The notes beneath the pieces were generated by a model, which worked only from the letters and a program-made list of their open reading frames with translations, ran no database searches and had not been told where the DNA came from. DNA of 64,000 bases from Blastocatellia bacterium (GTDB lineage Bacteria > Acidobacteriota > Blastocatellia > RBC074): positions 82,927-146,926 of the forward strand of contig JANNYF010000088.1 of assembly GCA_031409955.1 (NCBI GenBank), read 5' to 3'. The position numbers were made by a program, and so were the translations under genes. This document shows, piece after piece, positions 59,790 to 64,000 of the stretch (position 1 is the stretch's first letter; the number at the start of each line of letters is the position of its first letter).

Positions 59790-60578
59790 ATGTATCGAGC
59801 GCTTTACACGGCTGCCACTGGCATGGGCGTGCAGCAGATGAATGTAGACAACATCGCCAACAATTTGGCGAACGCTTCCACCACTGGCTTCAAACGCGTG
59901 CGGTTGGAATTTCAAGACTTACTCTATCAAACGCATCGCTCGCCCGGTGCAGCGGCGAATGCTTCCACGACGTTACCAGTAGGCTTACAAATCGGGTTGG
60001 GCGCGCGCGTGATTTCCAGCGAGCGCATCTTTTTACAAGGCGATTTTCACCAAACGCAAAATCCGCTCGACCTCGTGATCGAAGGCAGCGGCTTCTTTCA
60101 GGTGCGGCAAACGAATGGCGAACTTTCGTACACGCGCGCCGGTTCGTTTCACTTAAATGCCGAGGGGCAAGTCGTCACAGCGACGGGCGAAACGTTGGAA
60201 CCCGCGATCACGATTCCGCGCGAAGCGACTTCGATCACGGTCGGCACGGACGGCACGGTCAGCATTACGTTGGCGGGGCAGACGAATGCGCAAAACGTCG
60301 GCCAGGTGCAACTCGCGTCGTTTGCCAATCCAGCGGGGCTGGAATCGTTGGGGCGCAATCTTTTCAAAGAGACGGCGGCTTCCGGGCAGGCCACGGTGGG
60401 CGCGCCGGATGCGCAAGGGACGGGACGCGTCAATCAAGGCTACCTCGAAGGCTCGAACGTAAATGTGGTCGAAGAACTGGTCAATATGATTTCGGCGCAG
60501 CGCATTTACGAAACCAATTCCAAAGTTATTTCGGCGGCTGACCGCATGCTCGGCACCATCAATCAGGCTGTTTCATGA
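59790..60578 (+). CDS. flgG: Flagellar basal-body distal rod protein FlgG
   Basis: MYRALYTAATGMGVQQMNVDNIANNLANASTTGFKR...GYLEGSNVNVVEELVNMISAQRIYETNSKVI. 262 aa. Confidence 0.9.
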   Translation: MYRALYTAATGMGVQQMNVDNIANNLANASTTGFKRVRLEFQDLLYQTHRSPGAAANASTTLPVGLQIGLGARVISSERIFLQGDFHQTQNPLDLVIEGSGFFQVRQTNGELSYTRAGSFHLNAEGQVVTATGETLEPAITIPREATSITVGTDGTVSITLAGQTNAQNVGQVQLASFANPAGLESLGRNLFKETAASGQATVGAPDAQGTGRVNQGYLEGSNVNVVEELVNMISAQRIYETNSKVISAADRMLGTINQAVS

Positions 60579-61549
60579 GGATTGAGAAACAAACCATTTT
60601 CCTCAGTCTGGTGCTGGTGTGCTGGGCGAGTGCAACCAATGCGCAACCGGCGAAAAGTGTGGTGCAAGTGGCGGCGGAAACCATCGCGCAGCAAGATCGC
60701 CTGACTTTAGGTGACATCGCTGAGGTCCGAACCGAGAAGGCAGAAACCGTAGCACGATTGCGCGCGGTCTCGCTGGGCTATGCCCCCAACGTGGGGATGA
60801 CCCGCGAGATTGCGCGCGAACGCATCACGCTGGCTATTGCGGCGGCAGGCTTTGCCGATGGCACTGTGCGGCTGGAAGCGCCTGCGGTCATTCTGATCCG
60901 GCGTGCAGCGCAGGTCGTTGATGCACTCTTAATTCGGGAAGCCATCGAACACGCAACATTGGATGAACTCAATGCTTCGGGTGCGACGGCGCGACTCTCA
61001 CGTATTGAGCTACCAGAGACGATGGAAGCGCCTGCGGGTCAGCTCGAAATTCGGGCATCGGCGGGGCAGGTGCGAGATGTCTTTTCGCCCTTCACGGTTT
61101 TTGTTGAGCTATGGCAGGAAGGCCGCGTCGTCAAGCGGTTCAATGCCACCGCGCAGGTCGAAGCCTTCGCACCCGTTCTGGTGGCCGCGCGTGAAATCGC
61201 GGCAAACACACGCTTGCGGCAGGATTCCTTCAAGACCGAAGTGAAACGATTGGAACGACCGCTGAACCAGTACGTCACCGACCCGGAACGATTGCGCGGA
61301 ATGGCGGTGCGACGGGCGATGGCGCGTGGCGAAGCGATTATGACCGATGCGATCCATTCGGAAATTGTCGTGCGTCCCGGCGATCAAGTCAGAATCATTG
61401 GACAGTCGGGCGCGCTGCAATTGATCGTCACGGGCGAAGCACGCGCGGCGGGACGCATCGGCGACCGCATTCAAGTGAAAAACTCGCAATCGGGCGCATT
61501 GCTGCAAGCCATTGTCACGGACGAAGGCGTGGTGCGCATCCGGTTTTAA
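60575..61549 (+). CDS. flgA: Flagellar P-ring assembly chaperone FlgA
   Basis: Signal peptide. C-terminal SAF/FlgA domain (GDQVRIIGQSGALQLIVTGEARAAGRIGDRIQVKNSQSG). ATGA overlap with flgG. Confidence 0.8.
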   Translation: MRIEKQTIFLSLVLVCWASATNAQPAKSVVQVAAETIAQQDRLTLGDIAEVRTEKAETVARLRAVSLGYAPNVGMTREIARERITLAIAAAGFADGTVRLEAPAVILIRRAAQVVDALLIREAIEHATLDELNASGATARLSRIELPETMEAPAGQLEIRASAGQVRDVFSPFTVFVELWQEGRVVKRFNATAQVEAFAPVLVAAREIAANTRLRQDSFKTEVKRLERPLNQYVTDPERLRGMAVRRAMARGEAIMTDAIHSEIVVRPGDQVRIIGQSGALQLIVTGEARAAGRIGDRIQVKNSQSGALLQAIVTDEGVVRIRF

Positions 61550-61572
61550 GAGGCAACAAAATCGTGTTTCGT

Positions 61573-61673
61573 GACTCCTGATTCCCGATCTCTGATTCCT
61601 GACCACAAAATAGCAATTGGTTCAAGAATGCTTTTTGGTGAGCCGGAATCGGGAATCAGGAATCAGGAGTCAG
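61573..61673. repeat. Hairpin with arms of tandem heptamers (TGATTCC / GGAATCA) between flgA and flgH, inside the flagellar operon
   Basis: gactcctgattcccgatctctgattcctgacc ... ggaatcgggaatcaggaatcaggagtc. Confidence 0.6.
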
Positions 61674-61690
61674 AACTAAAAGGAATTGCT

Positions 61691-62479
61691 ATGAATAAAT
61701 TTTTCGCAACGCTTGTGCTGACGGGGTTTGTGATCGCGGCGGTTGATACTTCCGCTGCGGCGCAATTGAAATTGCCGTGGGCAAAAAAGAAGACCGAGAA
61801 GTTACGCGCCGAGGACAAAAAGAAAGCCAACAAAGACGTGGGTACAGAGGCCCCGGAAGACGTGCAACCGCAATTCGTGCAGGCGCAACCAGACGAAGCG
61901 ACCATCGCCAAATTACAAGCGCGTCCAGCGAACGGATCGCTTTTCACAGCGGATGCGCAAGGCACTGATTTGTTGGGTGATTTCCGCGCGCGGCGATTGG
62001 GCGATCTGGTCTTCGTGGACGTTGTCGAAGGCAGTGCGGCCAGTGTTTCCTCCAGCGCCAAACGGTCGCGCGATTCGGGTACGCTGGGCGGTTTGATCAC
62101 AGCGGCAGGCGCGTTGCCTACGCCGGGCGCCGCCGTCGTTGCGGGCGCTGTTGGCGCATTGGGCAATCGCAAATTTGAGGGCAAAGGCAACACCGAACGC
62201 CGCAGCGATTTGCGCTCGCGCATAGCCGCGCGCGTGATCGAAGTCCTGCCCAATGGCGACCTGCGCATCGAAGCGCTGAAGAGCGTCAAGATCAATCAGG
62301 AGTCGGAAAAGCTCCTGCTCTCCGGCATCGTGCGCCAACGCGATTTGACGAATGATAACGTGGTACCGACCACTGCTGTCGGCGACTTGCGCGTCGAATT
62401 GAATGGCAAAGGTGTAGCGTCCGCCGACAATGCGCCGGGCTGGTTGTTTCGGTTGTTTGAGAAGATCACGCCATTCTAG
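61691..62479 (+). CDS. flgH: Flagellar L-ring protein FlgH
   Basis: Start MNKFFATLVLTGFVIAAV with the SD AAAGGAA. FlgH core (GDLVFVDVVEGSAAS..., SGIVRQRDLTNDNVVPTTAVGDLRVELNGKG). Confidence 0.85.
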   Translation: MNKFFATLVLTGFVIAAVDTSAAAQLKLPWAKKKTEKLRAEDKKKANKDVGTEAPEDVQPQFVQAQPDEATIAKLQARPANGSLFTADAQGTDLLGDFRARRLGDLVFVDVVEGSAASVSSSAKRSRDSGTLGGLITAAGALPTPGAAVVAGAVGALGNRKFEGKGNTERRSDLRSRIAARVIEVLPNGDLRIEALKSVKINQESEKLLLSGIVRQRDLTNDNVVPTTAVGDLRVELNGKGVASADNAPGWLFRLFEKITPF

Positions 62480-62495
62480 GAAAGGCTGGAGAAGT

Positions 62496-63629
62496 ATGAG
62501 GATGAACCGTTACAAAAACATTTTGCTGATACTCGTTGGCAGCATGTTGGCGCTCACTACCTACGCGCAAAAGATCAATGATCGCTTGACCGTCCGCGTC
62601 AAAGACATTGCCGAAATCGAAGGCGTGCGCGGCAACCAATTGATCGGCTACGGCTTGGTCATCGGCTTGAATCGCACAGGCGACAAAGTGCAGCAAAATT
62701 TGTATGCCCGCCAAACGTTGCAAAACCTGTTGCAGCGCATGGGCATTTCGACCGCAGTGGATACGCTCAAGCCGGAGAATATTGCGACGGTGTTGGTAAC
62801 CGCAACCTTGCCGCCGTTTGCCCGCCAAGGCTCAAAGATTGACGTGCTGGTTTCTTCTATCGGCGATGCGCGTTCGTTGCAGGGTGGTACGTTGATTGTC
62901 TCGTCGCTGAAGGGCGTGGACGGACAGATTTACGCTCTGGCGCAAGGCTCGGTTTCAATTGGCGGCATCTCGGCGGGTGACGCGGGAAACTCCGTTGAGG
63001 TCAATCATCCCACCGTCGGACGCGTCCCGAATGGCGCGATGGTGGAACGAGCCATCGTGACAGATTTGGCGGCGAATGGATCGCTCACGCTTGTGCTGCG
63101 ACAGGATGATTTCACGACTTCGGCTCGGCTCAGTCGGGCGGTCAATGAAATGTTTGGAGCGGGGACTGCGCGTTCGTTGGACGGGCGCAACATCGTCGTC
63201 AAAGTTCCCACCAAATATCTGGACGACAACGTTGGCTTTATTTCTGATTTGGAAACGGTGCGCGTGCAAACCGATATTGTCGCCAAAGTCATCATCAACG
63301 AACGCACTGGCACGATCATTATGGGCAGCAATGTGCGGCTCTCGTCCGTCGCAATTTCGCAAGGCGGCGTCACCGTCCGCATTGGTACGGAATACGATGT
63401 GTCGCAACCCGGCATTCTCTCGAAAACAGGCGAGACCGCCGTCACGCCGCGCGTCAATGTGGATGTCAAAGATCGCAAACCGGAATCCGTCATCTTGCCG
63501 GATGGCGCAACCATCGAAGAAGTCGTGCGCGGACTGCGGGCCGTGGGTGCAACCGCCCGCGACATCATCAGCATTCTGCAAGCGATCAAAGGCGCAGGCG
63601 CGCTCGCGGCAGATTTGGAATTGCAGTAA
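62496..63629 (+). CDS. flgI: Flagellar P-ring protein FlgI
   Basis: Signal peptide, then LIGYGLVIGLNRTGD, LQGGTLIVSSLKGVDGQIYALAQG. Confidence 0.9.
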   Translation: MRMNRYKNILLILVGSMLALTTYAQKINDRLTVRVKDIAEIEGVRGNQLIGYGLVIGLNRTGDKVQQNLYARQTLQNLLQRMGISTAVDTLKPENIATVLVTATLPPFARQGSKIDVLVSSIGDARSLQGGTLIVSSLKGVDGQIYALAQGSVSIGGISAGDAGNSVEVNHPTVGRVPNGAMVERAIVTDLAANGSLTLVLRQDDFTTSARLSRAVNEMFGAGTARSLDGRNIVVKVPTKYLDDNVGFISDLETVRVQTDIVAKVIINERTGTIIMGSNVRLSSVAISQGGVTVRIGTEYDVSQPGILSKTGETAVTPRVNVDVKDRKPESVILPDGATIEEVVRGLRAVGATARDIISILQAIKGAGALAADLELQ

Positions 63630-63631
63630 TT

Positions 63632-63660
63632 GGTGGTTGGTGGTTGGTGGTTGGTGGTCG
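63632..63660. repeat. Heptamer microsatellite (GGTGGTT)x4 immediately after the flgI stop
   Basis: tggtggttggtggttggtggttggtggtcgg. This is the reverse-complement flavour (AACCACC) of the 3382 repeat. Confidence 0.6.
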
Positions 63661-63692
63661 GAACAATCCTCAGACATTGCCCTTTTTGAATT

Positions 63693-64000
63693 ATGAATCT
63701 TGTACGAATGGACGCGCCGAATGTTGGCGCTTCACCTAACCTCACACAAAACGATTTTGCCGCGCGGCAAACGGCGATGGAGTTTGAAGCGCTGTTGCTG
63801 ACCCAGCTCACCGCCGCGTTGAATCCAGCGTCCGACGAAGCTGAAGATAATCTGTTCAGCAGCACGGGCGCGGACATGTACAAAAACATGTTCGGCGAGC
63901 AAATCGCCAAGATCATGGCCAGCAACGGCGGCATCGGTGTGGCAGACACGATTCTGCGTCAGTTGCGCGAAAAAGCTTCTGCGAAATCTCCGGCGCTGGA
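63693..64000 (+). CDS. flgJ: FlgJ-like rod-binding protein, 3'-truncated by the window edge
   Basis: N-terminal rod-binding domain signature AARQTAMEFEALLLTQL. Runs off the window end. Confidence 0.55.
   Translation, partial: MNLVRMDAPNVGASPNLTQNDFAARQTAMEFEALLLTQLTAALNPASDEAEDNLFSSTGADMYKNMFGEQIAKIMASNGGIGVADTILRQLREKASAKSPAL

Noticed and set aside
1-64000. Searched for rRNA, tRNA or tmRNA genes in intergenic gaps
   Set aside because: No cloverleaf-compatible sequence or rRNA-like conserved blocks were recognised in any gap over 100 nt. The structured regions are better explained as repeat hairpins and operators.

Overview
This is a ~62% GC bacterial chromosomal segment with dense coding. 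The gene content (giant 1150-1370 aa outer-membrane receptors with an N-terminal carboxypeptidase-regulatory-like domain and no SusD partner, many CAZymes, flagellar genes) suggests an Acidobacteriota-like soil organism. The layout is as follows. (i) 1-3.3 kb: a partial NAD(P)H oxidoreductase, an Nramp metal transporter interrupted by a frameshift, a tandem universal stress protein and a tiny Cys/His-rich ORF. (ii) 3.6-49.3 kb: a long, mostly minus-strand polysaccharide-utilisation supercluster. It encodes PL11 rhamnogalacturonan lyase, three CE12 acetylesterases (one fused to a PL22 oligogalacturonide lyase), GH88, a KduD-like SDR, a CE15 glucuronoyl esterase, GH67 alpha-glucuronidase, an enolase-superfamily sugar-acid dehydratase and GH95. 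Five TonB-dependent receptor genes are interleaved (one has an in-frame TAA right after its signal peptide), together with ROK, LysR and IclR-HTH/PBP regulators. A lower-GC three-gene island and a block of exported hypothetical proteins lie inside it. (iii) 50.8-64.0 kb: a flagellar operon, flhA-flhF-flhG-fliA-fliM-fliN/Y-(TM+HTH protein)-flgF-flgG-flgA-flgH-flgI-flgJ', preceded by a textbook sigma-54 promoter. No rRNA, tRNA or CRISPR was seen. Two recurring non-coding patterns stand out. One is pairs of ~20-bp palindromes in promoter regions; the same palindrome occurs four times around the GH88-SDR operon and the receptor promoter. The other is imperfect hairpins whose arms are built from tandem 7-9-nt repeats, at gene boundaries and within the flagellar operon.
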